32,000 bases of DNA from Sinorhizobium meliloti. GTDB lineage: Bacteria; Pseudomonadota; Alphaproteobacteria; Rhizobiales; Rhizobiaceae. Numbering within the stretch: position 1 is the stretch's first letter; every line of letters begins with the position of its first letter. The notes beneath the pieces were generated by a model. The model was given only the letters and a program-made list of their open reading frames with translations. It was not told the DNA's origin and ran no database searches. Shown here piece by piece: positions 1 to 9,025 of this stretch. The DNA lies in NCBI RefSeq assembly GCF_017876815.1, contig NZ_JAGIOS010000002.1:270001-302000 (forward strand), given 5' to 3'. A program made the position numbers and the translations under genes.

Positions 1-922
1 GCCAGAATGCGTTGATCCCGAGCAGGCCGAGGCTGTTGCGGATCACCTCGATCAGCGCAGCTCCGATCAGAGCGCCGGAGGCCGTGCCGGCGCCGCCGGC
101 AAGATTGGCGCCGCCGATGACGGCAGCGGCGATGACCTGAAGCTCCATTCCTGCGCCGATATTGGTCGTCACGGCCCCGAGCCAGCCGGTCTGGATGATG
201 CCTGCGATGCCGGCTGCGAGCGCGGAGATCATGTATACGGCAACCTTGATCCTTCTCACCGGAACGCCGGTGAGCGTCGCGGCATGCTCGTTGCCGCCGA
301 TGGCGAAGACGTAGCGGCCGAACTTCGTCCAGCGCAGAACGAAGCCGGTGAGGAGTGCCAGGACGATCATGTAGAGCACCGGATTGGCGATGCCGAGGAA
401 CCAGGCGCCGCCGCCAAGAGCCAGGAGCGTGTCGTGGTCCGGGCCGAACTCGAATACGACCGTATTGTTGGAAGCGACCATCGCCAGGCTTCGCGCGATC
501 GAGAGCATTCCGAGGGTGATCACGAAAGGCGGAAAGCCTAGATAGGCGATCATGACGCCGTTGAATGCGCCGGCGACCAGCGCCGTGCCGATCGAGGCGG
601 CAATACCCACCTCGATGCCGTAACCGGCATGCATGACCACTGCCAGCACCATGCTGCACAGGCAGAGGACCGAACCCACCGACAGATCGATGCCGCCGGT
701 AATGATGACCAGCGTCATTCCGAGAGCGATGATCGCGACGAAGGTGAAATTGCGCGTGATGTTGTAGAGGTTTTTCGCCGTTGCGAAGGAGTCGGTGGCA
801 ACCGACAGGAAGAGGCAGGCGAGGATGACCGCCACCAGGACCCAGAATGCCTGGCTGGCCAACAGGAACGAGAGCCATCCCCGGTCTCTCTGTCCGACTG
901 CCCGATCGAGCGTAATTGCCAT
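1..922 (-). CDS. Sugar (ribose/monosaccharide-type) ABC transporter permease; C-terminus cut by the window edge
   Basis: Not in the ORF track because it runs off the window. My manual minus-strand translation from ATG 922..920 gives MAITLDRAVGQRDRGWLSFLLASQAFWVLVAVILACLFLSVATDSFATAKNLYNITRNFTFVAIIALGMTLVIITGGIDLSVGSV...IGGANLAGGAGTASGALIGAALIEVIRNSLGLLGINAFW. This is a typical RbsC/AraH-like multi-TM permease. A GAGGG RBS lies upstream, and the start is 28 nt downstream of the ATPase stop. Confidence 0.85.
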   Translation of the reverse strand, partial: MAITLDRAVGQRDRGWLSFLLASQAFWVLVAVILACLFLSVATDSFATAKNLYNITRNFTFVAIIALGMTLVIITGGIDLSVGSVLCLCSMVLAVVMHAGYGIEVGIAASIGTALVAGAFNGVMIAYLGFPPFVITLGMLSIARSLAMVASNNTVVFEFGPDHDTLLALGGGAWFLGIANPVLYMIVLALLTGFVLRWTKFGRYVFAIGGNEHAATLTGVPVRRIKVAVYMISALAAGIAGIIQTGWLGAVTTNIGAGMELQVIAAAVIGGANLAGGAGTASGALIGAALIEVIRNSLGLLGINAFW

Positions 923-950
923 TGTCGACCCTCGCTTTCTCTCCGATTGT

Positions 951-1691
<741 letters not shown>

Positions 1692-2095
1692 AGCCGTCTA
1701 GCCTCCCGAAGCAGCGGGCCGCCTCCCCCGCTTTCGCGCTCTCCCGGCAAGGCGACCGGTCCCATTTACGCAAATGCGCGGGAAAGCGTCAATCAATAGT
1801 CCTACAAATCGCTCCGCACATACGCTGAAACTCATATTGTCATACAAATAGTCGTTGACGTGCCGTTCGCGCGGATATTAGCTAGTGCTGGGAGGAGAGC
1901 ATGCTGATCCTTGTCCCCGGGGCACGGGCAGGGTCAGGCGGCACTTCATCGCGGCGCTGCTTGACAATCCGCGCGCGACCGGCCGCTCTTCAACGCCTCG
2001 ATGGATCGACGGCTGCGCGACGCCGCCGCCTACCGAAATTCTCATATTTCAAGGCGCGGGCACGCGCGTGTCCGCTTGTTTCAAGGGAGGATGGA

Positions 2096-3085
2096 ATGAG
2101 GAAGGCACTATTGCTTGCCGTTGCCGCTCTGGCACTCAGCGCCGGAACGGCCATGGCCCAGAAGAAACAGCTCGTCATCGTGGTGAAGGGGCTGGACAAT
2201 CCCTTCTTCGAAGCGATCAACCAGGGTTGCCAGAAGTGGAACAAGGAAAATCCGGACTCGGAATACGAGTGCTTCTACACGGGTCCGGCCTCGACCTCGG
2301 ATGAGGCCGGCGAGGCGCAGATCGTCCAGGACATGCTTGGCAAGGCGGAAACCGCAGCCATCGCCATCTCGCCATCCAATGCGAAGCTCATCGCGCAGAC
2401 GTTGAAGACCGCCAATCCATCGGTCCCGGTCATGACCGTGGATGCGGATCTCGCCGCCGAAGACTCTGCCCTGCGCAAGACCTATCTCGGAACGGACAAC
2501 TATCTGATGGGCTACCGCATCGGCGAATACATCAAGAAGGCCAAGCCCAATGGGGGCAAGATCTGCACCATCGAGGGCAATCCCGGCGCCGACAACATTC
2601 TGCGCCGCGCCCAGGGTATGCGGGACGCCCTGACCGGCCAGAAGGGCCTGGCGGAACTCAAGGGCGAAGGCAACTGGACGGAAGTGGCAGGCTGCCCGGT
2701 CTTCACCAATGACGACGGCGCCAAGGGCGTGCAGGCGATGACCGACATCCTTGCCGCCAATCCCGACCTCGATGCTTTCGGGATCATGGGCGGATGGCCG
2801 CTGTTCGGCGCGCCACAGCCCTATCGCGATCTGTTCAAGCCGATGGCCGACAAGATCGCCAAGAACGAATTCGTCATCGGCGCCGCCGATACGATCGGCG
2901 AGGAAGTCGCGATCGCCAGGGAAGGATTGGTCACCGCTCTCGTCGGGCAGCGGCCGTTCGAAATGGGCTATAAGGCCCCGCAGGTCATGCTGGACCTGAT
3001 CGCCGGCAAACCGGTCGAAGATCCGGTCTTTACCGGCCTCGACGAGTGCACCAAGGAGACCGCGGATACCTGCATCCAGAAATAA
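2096..3085 (+). CDS. Periplasmic sugar-binding protein of the ABC transporter (RbsB/LsrB-like, PBP type I)
   Basis: ORF 1901..3085. The in-frame ATG at 2096 is preceded by an AGGGAGGA RBS and starts a Sec signal peptide, MRKALLLAVAALALSAGTAMA/Q. The mature part (LVIVVKGLDNPFFEAINQG...) is typical of ribose-family binding proteins. It is divergent from the ATPase/permease genes. Confidence 0.88.
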   Translation: MRKALLLAVAALALSAGTAMAQKKQLVIVVKGLDNPFFEAINQGCQKWNKENPDSEYECFYTGPASTSDEAGEAQIVQDMLGKAETAAIAISPSNAKLIAQTLKTANPSVPVMTVDADLAAEDSALRKTYLGTDNYLMGYRIGEYIKKAKPNGGKICTIEGNPGADNILRRAQGMRDALTGQKGLAELKGEGNWTEVAGCPVFTNDDGAKGVQAMTDILAANPDLDAFGIMGGWPLFGAPQPYRDLFKPMADKIAKNEFVIGAADTIGEEVAIAREGLVTALVGQRPFEMGYKAPQVMLDLIAGKPVEDPVFTGLDECTKETADTCIQK

Positions 3086-3089
3086 CCGG

Positions 3090-3140
3090 TCGAAGGCCGG
3101 CATCCTGCCGCGCACGGCGCCGCAGGCTGCCGGCCTTCGA
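3090..3140. terminator. Long GC-rich inverted repeat between convergent genes (candidate bidirectional terminator)
   Basis: A perfect 13-bp arm TCGAAGGCCGGCA (3090-3102) pairs with TGCCGGCCTTCGA (3128-3140), and the 25-nt interior is partly self-complementary. It sits between the binding-protein stop (3085) and the exsH stop (3151). There is no clear U-tract. Confidence 0.45.
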
Positions 3141-3150
3141 ACTCCTTGGT

Positions 3151-4548
3151 TCAGATCTGCCAGTCCGCGTCGAGCGAATAGGCCTTGATGTAGTCGATCT
3201 TCATTTCGGACCCGTCGGCGAGACCGTCGCGCGGCGTGCCGGCGATGCCGCCCACCGCCAGGTTGACGAGCATGTACATTGGGTCGTGCATGTCGGAAGG
3301 CGTGTCGGCGCGCGCGATCGCCGCATCGTCGAAATACCAGACGATCTCCTCTTCCGTCCAAAGCACTCCGTATGTGTGAAAGCCGCTCGCATCGGCGACC
3401 TTCACCGCATTTTCAATGCTCGTTCTCGAGCCCGTTTCATTGGAATGCACCGTCGCTATGACCGTATTCGAGTCCTGTCCGCGCATTTCCACGACGTCGA
3501 GTTCCGGCGGCCAGGAACCATCCGCGGGCAGCAGCCAGAAGGCCGGCCAGACGCCCTGGTCGTCCGGCATGTCCGCGCGCATTTCGAAATAGCCGTAGGT
3601 CTGGGCAAAGGACGAGTAGGTCGTCAGCATTCCGGACGTGTAATCATAGCCGTTGATCTCGGCCTGGATCGCCTCCGACGCCGGCGCGGCCGTGATCGTC
3701 AGCACGCCGTTGTTGACGGAGAAGGGGTTGACGGAAGCGGTCGGCTCGTAGCTCGGATTGATATACCATTGCTGCTCGCCGTTACTCGAAAGCGTCGCTC
3801 CCTTTTCCGGCGCCCACCAGAATTTGGCATCCCAGACCCCGCTTGTACCGTTTCGGAGCTGAAGCGTATTGAACTCGTCCGAGAAAGTCTGAGACAGGAC
3901 GGAACGGTCGAGGCTTAGCCTGAACTGGTGCGCCTGCAATTCGTCGGCGGTGGTGTTCGCGAATACCAGACTCTCGCCATCGGCGAGATGGAGCCGGAGA
4001 TCGGCGCCTTCCTGAGCCACATTGGACAGAATCTGCTCGAACGACGTGAAGCCGTAGCCGTCGAGGCGTACGATGTCGTCATAGTTGAAATCGGTGATCA
4101 GGTCGCTTCCATTGCCTCGCGCAAATACGAAGGTGTCGGCACCGCCCGCGCCGATCAGGACATCGTTGCCGCCGCGGCCGTCGATCGTCTGCGTTCCCGA
4201 CCCACCCTTTATGATGTTGTCCGTCTCGTTGCCGAATGCGAACCGGCCGCTTCCGGTAACCGTGAGGTTCTCGAAGTTCGCCGGCAGTGTGTAGCTCATC
4301 CACGTGCTTATCGTGTCCACTCCCTCGCCGGCCGCCTCGTACGCCCGGTTGATCGACGAATAGAGGTAATAGATGTCGTCGCCCCTACCGCCGATCATGG
4401 TGACGTTCACGGAGCTGTCGCCCCACATGGAATCGTTGCCGGCAGTGCCATGGAGTGTGGGGCCTGAGCCGGTGGCGGAGAACCACGCAGTTGAACTGCC
4501 GCTGTAGTAAAGCGGCGTTCCCACGGCGTTCAATACGGTTTTGCTCAT
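3151..4548 (-). CDS. exsH: Secreted endo-1,3-1,4-beta-glycanase with N-terminal RTX-type Ca-binding repeats and a C-terminal GH16 domain (succinoglycan depolymerase ExsH)
   Basis: 465-aa ORF with a GGAGA RBS. Glycine-rich nonapeptide repeats are present (GGRGDDIYY, GGSGTQTIDGRGGNDVLIGAGGADTFVF). The GH16 catalytic motif ELDVVE sits in the context WPAFWLLP...PPELDVVEMRG. No Sec signal is visible, which fits type I secretion. Position and length match my recollection of S. meliloti ExsH. Confidence 0.92.
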   Translation of the reverse strand: MSKTVLNAVGTPLYYSGSSTAWFSATGSGPTLHGTAGNDSMWGDSSVNVTMIGGRGDDIYYLYSSINRAYEAAGEGVDTISTWMSYTLPANFENLTVTGSGRFAFGNETDNIIKGGSGTQTIDGRGGNDVLIGAGGADTFVFARGNGSDLITDFNYDDIVRLDGYGFTSFEQILSNVAQEGADLRLHLADGESLVFANTTADELQAHQFRLSLDRSVLSQTFSDEFNTLQLRNGTSGVWDAKFWWAPEKGATLSSNGEQQWYINPSYEPTASVNPFSVNNGVLTITAAPASEAIQAEINGYDYTSGMLTTYSSFAQTYGYFEMRADMPDDQGVWPAFWLLPADGSWPPELDVVEMRGQDSNTVIATVHSNETGSRTSIENAVKVADASGFHTYGVLWTEEEIVWYFDDAAIARADTPSDMHDPMYMLVNLAVGGIAGTPRDGLADGSEMKIDYIKAYSLDADWQI

Positions 4549-4645
4549 CGAAATGTCTCCAGTTTGATGGTCGGTTTCCTCCGCTCACCCCGGCCGCTGA
4601 TCGCGGTCCTCAGGCCTAATCTAGACGGGGCTCAAGTTTTAATAA

Positions 4646-4663
4646 CCCCCAAGAGTTTGGGGG
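4646..4663. promoter_or_regulatory. CCCCC-AAGAGTTT-GGGGG dyad in the exsH/exsG divergent promoter region (candidate LuxR/ExpR-type box)
   Basis: Perfect 7-bp arms CCCCCAA/TTGGGGG are separated by 4 bp. The site is 97 nt upstream of the exsH start codon and 64 nt upstream of the exsG start codon. It has the same CCCC-N10-GGGG architecture as the site at 28002-28019, with 12/18 positions identical. Confidence 0.3.
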
Positions 4664-4727
4664 ACGGACGGGGAACAAAGCAGCGGTCACCGCGTTTTTT
4701 GAAGTTGGCGGCGGCTGCGGAGGGAAC

Positions 4728-7451
4728 ATGCACGGCGCAGAAATTCTACCCAAAACAACGATTGACGATGTCACGACTTCAGACACGCCCGATTACCGCG
4801 CCGTGCTCGACGCCCTTGCGGTGCCCGTTTATGCGACCGACGCCGAGGGCATCGTCACCTACTGCAACGCCGCGGCTGCGGCCGTTGCTGGGCGTGAGCC
4901 GGAGCTCGGCAAGGATCGCTGGTGCGTCAGTTGGCAACTGAGGCGGCCGGATGGCTCACCCCTCCCGCACGACGAGTCCCCAATGGCGCGCACATTGAAA
5001 GAAGGACAGCCGGTCAGGGGCGAAGAAGTGGTGGCGGTCCGGCCGGACGGCGCCTCGGTCCCGCTTCTGCCGCATCCGACGCCGATCTTCGACGACACGG
5101 GCGCATTGACCGGAGCCGTCAATGTCCTCATGGACCTCAGTGGCGCGAAGGATATGGAGCGCAGTTCCCGCTATCTCGCCGCGATCGTCGAATCTTCCGA
5201 CGATGCCATCGTCGCGAAGAACCTGGACGGGATCATCACCAGCTGGAACCGCGGCGCGCAGCGGCTTTTTGGCTATGCGGCCGAAGAAGTTATCGGCGAG
5301 TCGATCACCATTCTCATACCGCCAGAACGCCTGAGCGAGGAGCCCGGCATCCTCGAACGCATTCGCAGAGGCGAACTGGTCGACCACTTCGAGACCAAGC
5401 GCCGGCGCAAGGACGGGACTCTGGTGGACATTTCGCTTACCGTTTCCCCCGTCAGGGATGCCACCGGCCGCATCATCGGCGCTTCCAAGATCGCCCGCGA
5501 CATCACCGAGACGAAAAGCGCAGCAGAGGCACTGGCTGCCCGCTTTCGTGAGCAGGCCGCGTTGTATCGTCTGACCGAAAGGGTGCAGCGTACCAAACGG
5601 ATAGAAGAGGTCTACGAGGCGACACTGGATGCCATTCAGGGCGCGTTGAATTGCGACCGCGCCTCAATTTTGCTCTTCGATGAGGCAGGGACCATGCGGT
5701 TCGTCGCCGCGCGCGGCCTTTCGGAGCATTATCAGCGCGCTGTCGACGGACACTCCCCTTGGATTACGGGAGCGAACGAACCCGAGCCGATCTTCGTCGA
5801 GAATGTCGACGACGCGGAATTCTCGCGAGAGCTGAAAGAGAGCATAGTCGGCGAAGGCATCGCCGCGCTCGGCTTCTTCCCGCTCGTCACGGAGGGCAGG
5901 CTGATCGGGAAATTCATGACCTACTACGACCGGCCACACCGGTTTGCGGATTCCGAGATCGGCATGGCGCTCACCATCGCGCGACAACTCGGATTCAGCA
6001 TCCAGCGCATGAGAGCCGAATATGCACGGCGCCAGGCCGAGGAGCAGCTGCGCCGCAACGAGGCGAACGAAAGGGCGCGCGCGGCCGAGTTGGCGGCGAT
6101 CATGGAGGCCGTGCCGGCGTTGATCTGGATTGCACGCACGCCCGATTGCCGCGTCATCAGCGGCAATAACAGCTCCTACGAGATTCTGCGGCTGCCGCAC
6201 GACAGCAATCTGTCGATGTCGGCGCCTCCCGGCGAGCACCCCACCAACTTCCGCGTTTTCTCTGAAGGGCGCGCATTGTCGCCGGAGGAGCTGCCCGTAC
6301 AAAGGGCGGCTCGCGGCGAAGAGGTTCAGAATTTCGAGGAGGAGGTGCGCTTCGACGACGGAAGCTCCCGTCATATCTTCGGCAATGCGACTCCGCTGCG
6401 CGACGTCACAGGCGAAGTGGTCGGAGCTGTCGCTGCCGCTGTCGACATCACCGGGCGAAAGCAGGCGGAGGAGGCGCTCCAGGAAAGCGAACGGCGCCTG
6501 CAGCTCGCACTGGATGCCGGGCATATGGGCGCCTGGGAGTGGAACCTCGAAACGGGTGAGGTGATCTGGTCGCCGGGGTTGGAGGCGCTTCACCGTATTG
6601 AGCCCGGATCGTTCGGAGGAACGCTGGCCGACTTCAAGCGCGACATACACCCGGACGATCTTCCCTTGATCGAGCGCGAGATGGCCAGGGCGATCGAGAC
6701 AGACGGAGACTACCACGTCGTCTACCGTGCTCAGCTTCCCGACGGGACAATCCGGTGGATGGAGGCTTTCGGACAGCTTTCGCCGCGCAACGGCCCCAAA
6801 AGGCGTTTGACCGGCGTCTGCATGGACATCACGGAGCGCAGGGAGGCCGAAGCGCAGCGCAATCTCCTCGTCGCCGAGCTCAGCCACCGCGTGAAGAACA
6901 CGCTGGCGATCGTCGGGTCGATCGCACGGCAAACATTCTCGACCAATCCGGACGCCAAAGCGGCACACCGTTCCTTCGATGCACGCATAAGGGCCCTCGC
7001 GCAAACCCATACGCGCCTGGCGGAGGCGAGCTGGTCGGGCGTCTCCCTGAAAACCGTGCTGGTCGACGAATTGTCGCCGTATCACGACGACAGCAGGACG
7101 AATGTGACCCTTGCGGGCCCGCCGGCGATGCTGCCGCCCAAGCATGCGCTGACACTCGGCATGGCGGCGCACGAGCTTGCAACCAATGCCGCGAAACATG
7201 GGGCACTCTCCGTCAGGAGCGGAAGAGTCGATATCGAGTGGATGATCGACGTGGCAAGTGAGCGGCTGCGGATCTGCTGGAGCGAGACGGGCGGACCGGC
7301 CGTTGTTGCGCCGAAGCATAATGGCTTCGGCCGTCTGTTGCTCGAGCGGGTTCTCGCCTCGGATCTTGGCGGTGAAGTGCATCTCGAGTTCGCGCCGCAA
7401 GGGCTGGTATGCACGATCGATGTTCCCTATCCTCGCGGAGCCCCCGGATGA
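4728..7451 (+). CDS. exsG: Multi-PAS/GAF sensor histidine kinase of the HWE (HisKA_2) family
   Basis: 907-aa ORF with a GGAGGG RBS. It has several PAS-like modules (e.g. IVESSDDAIVAKNLDGIITSWNRGAQRLFGY...; LDAGHMGAWEWNLETGEVIWSPG...), a GAF-like segment, the H-box LSHRVKNTLAIV, the N-box HELATNAAKHGAL and a W-x-E motif (CWSETGGP). Confidence 0.9.
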   Translation: MHGAEILPKTTIDDVTTSDTPDYRAVLDALAVPVYATDAEGIVTYCNAAAAAVAGREPELGKDRWCVSWQLRRPDGSPLPHDESPMARTLKEGQPVRGEEVVAVRPDGASVPLLPHPTPIFDDTGALTGAVNVLMDLSGAKDMERSSRYLAAIVESSDDAIVAKNLDGIITSWNRGAQRLFGYAAEEVIGESITILIPPERLSEEPGILERIRRGELVDHFETKRRRKDGTLVDISLTVSPVRDATGRIIGASKIARDITETKSAAEALAARFREQAALYRLTERVQRTKRIEEVYEATLDAIQGALNCDRASILLFDEAGTMRFVAARGLSEHYQRAVDGHSPWITGANEPEPIFVENVDDAEFSRELKESIVGEGIAALGFFPLVTEGRLIGKFMTYYDRPHRFADSEIGMALTIARQLGFSIQRMRAEYARRQAEEQLRRNEANERARAAELAAIMEAVPALIWIARTPDCRVISGNNSSYEILRLPHDSNLSMSAPPGEHPTNFRVFSEGRALSPEELPVQRAARGEEVQNFEEEVRFDDGSSRHIFGNATPLRDVTGEVVGAVAAAVDITGRKQAEEALQESERRLQLALDAGHMGAWEWNLETGEVIWSPGLEALHRIEPGSFGGTLADFKRDIHPDDLPLIEREMARAIETDGDYHVVYRAQLPDGTIRWMEAFGQLSPRNGPKRRLTGVCMDITERREAEAQRNLLVAELSHRVKNTLAIVGSIARQTFSTNPDAKAAHRSFDARIRALAQTHTRLAEASWSGVSLKTVLVDELSPYHDDSRTNVTLAGPPAMLPPKHALTLGMAAHELATNAAKHGALSVRSGRVDIEWMIDVASERLRICWSETGGPAVVAPKHNGFGRLLLERVLASDLGGEVHLEFAPQGLVCTIDVPYPRGAPG

Positions 7452-7831
7452 ACCACGGAGACCAATGTCGGGTGCTCGTCGTGGAGGACGAGTTTCTTGT
7501 CGCACTGCAGATTGAAGCTGATCTCGTCGCTGCCGGCTACTCGGTGATCGGCCCATTCACGAGCCTCGCTCAGTCGATCTCCGCCGCCCGCGCGCATCCG
7601 TTCGATATCGCTACTCTCGATCTCAATCTGCGCGGCGAGTTCGCCTATCCGCTCGTCGACGAACTCATGGAGCGCGAGGTGCCGGTGCTTCTGTTGACCG
7701 GTTATACGGCGCTTGACTTGCCTGAACGATTTCGTGCCCTGCCCCGCCTGGCAAAACCCTTCGACGGCACGCAACTCATCCAGAAGATCGAAGGCCTCCA
7801 CCCGTTTAATGGCAGCCCGGCCGGCGTGTGA
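7448..7831 (+). CDS. exsF: Single-domain (CheY-like) response regulator
   Basis: The in-frame ATG at 7448 overlaps the exsG stop (ATGA), implying translational coupling. The sequence RVLVVEDEFLVA...ATLDLNL...LLLTGY...LAKPF is a receiver domain with no output domain. The ORF-track start at 7409 would overlap exsG by 43 nt and is less likely. Confidence 0.85.
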   Translation: MNHGDQCRVLVVEDEFLVALQIEADLVAAGYSVIGPFTSLAQSISAARAHPFDIATLDLNLRGEFAYPLVDELMEREVPVLLLTGYTALDLPERFRALPRLAKPFDGTQLIQKIEGLHPFNGSPAGV

Positions 7832-7840
7832 GCCGGCCGG
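7817..7840 (+). terminator. Perfect 9-bp GC hairpin spanning the exsF stop codon
   Basis: CCGGCCGGC (7817-7825) pairs with GCCGGCCGG (7832-7840). The 6-nt loop GTGTGA contains the exsF TGA. There is no adjacent U-tract, so its function as a terminator is uncertain. Confidence 0.3.
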
Positions 7841-7926
7841 TGCTAGATTACAAATGGGTCGCGGTGCTGAGCGGTTGCGGCAGAAGGTGGCGGAACGGCG
7901 CACCCTTTTTTCTACTGCCGCCGATC

Positions 7927-8178
7927 TCACATTTCTGTGGGCAGGAAATGGGAAAGCGGCACCTGTAGTGCGCCGGCGACGCGCTTGAGCTTCGCTGGAC
8001 TGAAGTCCGTGCCATTCTCGATATCGTTGATTTCGACGACGGCGAGGCCGCAGGTGACCGCGAGATCCTCGATGCTGTAGCCGACCGCTTCACGCGCGGC
8101 CTTGACGCGAGCGGCGATGTCGCCGTTGGGCATCGGAGCGGCTTCCTTGTCGCCAATGTTGGAGGGTGAAATAGACAT
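7927..8178 (-). CDS. exsI: Small XRE-family helix-turn-helix transcriptional regulator
   Basis: 83-aa ORF with a strong AAGGAGA RBS. The HTH-like core is ARVKAAREAVGYSIEDLAVTCGLAVVEINDIENG. The symbol comes from my recollection of S. meliloti pSymB gene order and is not verified. Confidence 0.7.
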   Translation of the reverse strand: MSISPSNIGDKEAAPMPNGDIAARVKAAREAVGYSIEDLAVTCGLAVVEINDIENGTDFSPAKLKRVAGALQVPLSHFLPTEM

Positions 8179-9025
8179 AAATGTCTCCTTCTCTTGGCAT
8201 GAAAATTCTTACGAATTTTGCTGTTGAGTACGGGTCGACACGCGTCACTGCATGCCCCCTGAACCGCGATTCAAGGGAAAAAACATGCAGCAGATGAAAG
8301 TGCTGCAGCGACCTTTGTGCGCGTGAGACGCGCGGTGCTGCAGGACGGCGGTAACGTTTTATGTCATCGTTGTAACATGGACAAGCCGAAATCGCTCTTG
8401 TGCACCGGAAGCGGCAGTCGGCTACTGGAATGTCGGTTTCGGCACCGTGGGGTTGCGATGTCTCGATTCGGCGATCAGGCCGAGAATCGTGCCCGGCAAC
8501 TGCGAGCGAGGCGCGGATGAGGGCGGCGATAACGGTTGGGGCCGGCAGATCACAAAAGTTTACTGGAAAGCCCGCCGGGCCGGTCAGGCGCTTCCCACGC
8601 GACATATGGAAAAGAAATCTCGAATACATTCAAAGGGTCGCAGGTCGCTGCTGCATACTCGCCGATGCCGTTCCGCAAGGCCGGTGGGGTCTGACTTCCT
8701 CGGAACGAACCAAAATCCGGTTTTCAGGCGGCGCCGTTATCCATACATTGAACGGTATGGGGATTTCTAATTTAGCTGCATCACAGTTTTTTAACGGCAT
8801 ATTTGCTTCGTACCGACTGCTGCTCGGCACTGAATCTCCACTTGGCGGATCGCCGCCGCCGAGCATGAAACCGGGCGCTGCCATACGGCACTCGCCCCGG
8901 CCGGCAGATTGTTCAAGCCACAGAGGCGACCGCAAACACAACGTCCCGGATCTTTCCAATGGCCGCGCGTACCGACCGTCGGATTAGATTGGGATGCCGT
9001 GTGCGCCGAGGGGAAGGAATTGGAG

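Noticed and set aside
1855-1881. TTGACG-N15-TATTAG sigma-70-like promoter upstream of the sugar-binding protein gene
   Set aside because: The -35 hexamer is good, but the 15-bp spacer is short and the -10 is imperfect. Without TSS data this is too weak to list as a feature.
1901-2095. N-terminal extensions offered by the ORF track (also 8909-9025 for exsE, 20575-20628 for exoY, 23748-23783 for exoV, 24896-24943 for exoT, 26705-26803 for exoI, 11631-11708 for queE, 7409-7447 for exsF)
   Set aside because: The extensions are Arg/Pro-rich, lack RBSs, often start at non-ATG codons or overlap the upstream gene, and precede internal ATGs that do have an RBS and give proper signal peptides or family N-termini.
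5664-7556. 630-aa minus-strand ORF
   Set aside because: It is antisense to exsG, which carries PAS and HWE kinase motifs. Its composition is Arg/Pro/Gly-rich and non-protein-like.
8400-8987. 195-aa plus-strand ORF (and 8447..8770, 8630..8959, 8090..8629, 8317..8520) inside the HTH-exsE gap
   Set aside because: These ORFs overlap each other and have no RBS. Their translations are Arg/Ser/Gly-rich without hydrophobic cores or motifs. I treat the region as non-coding; see the finding on the 847-bp gap.
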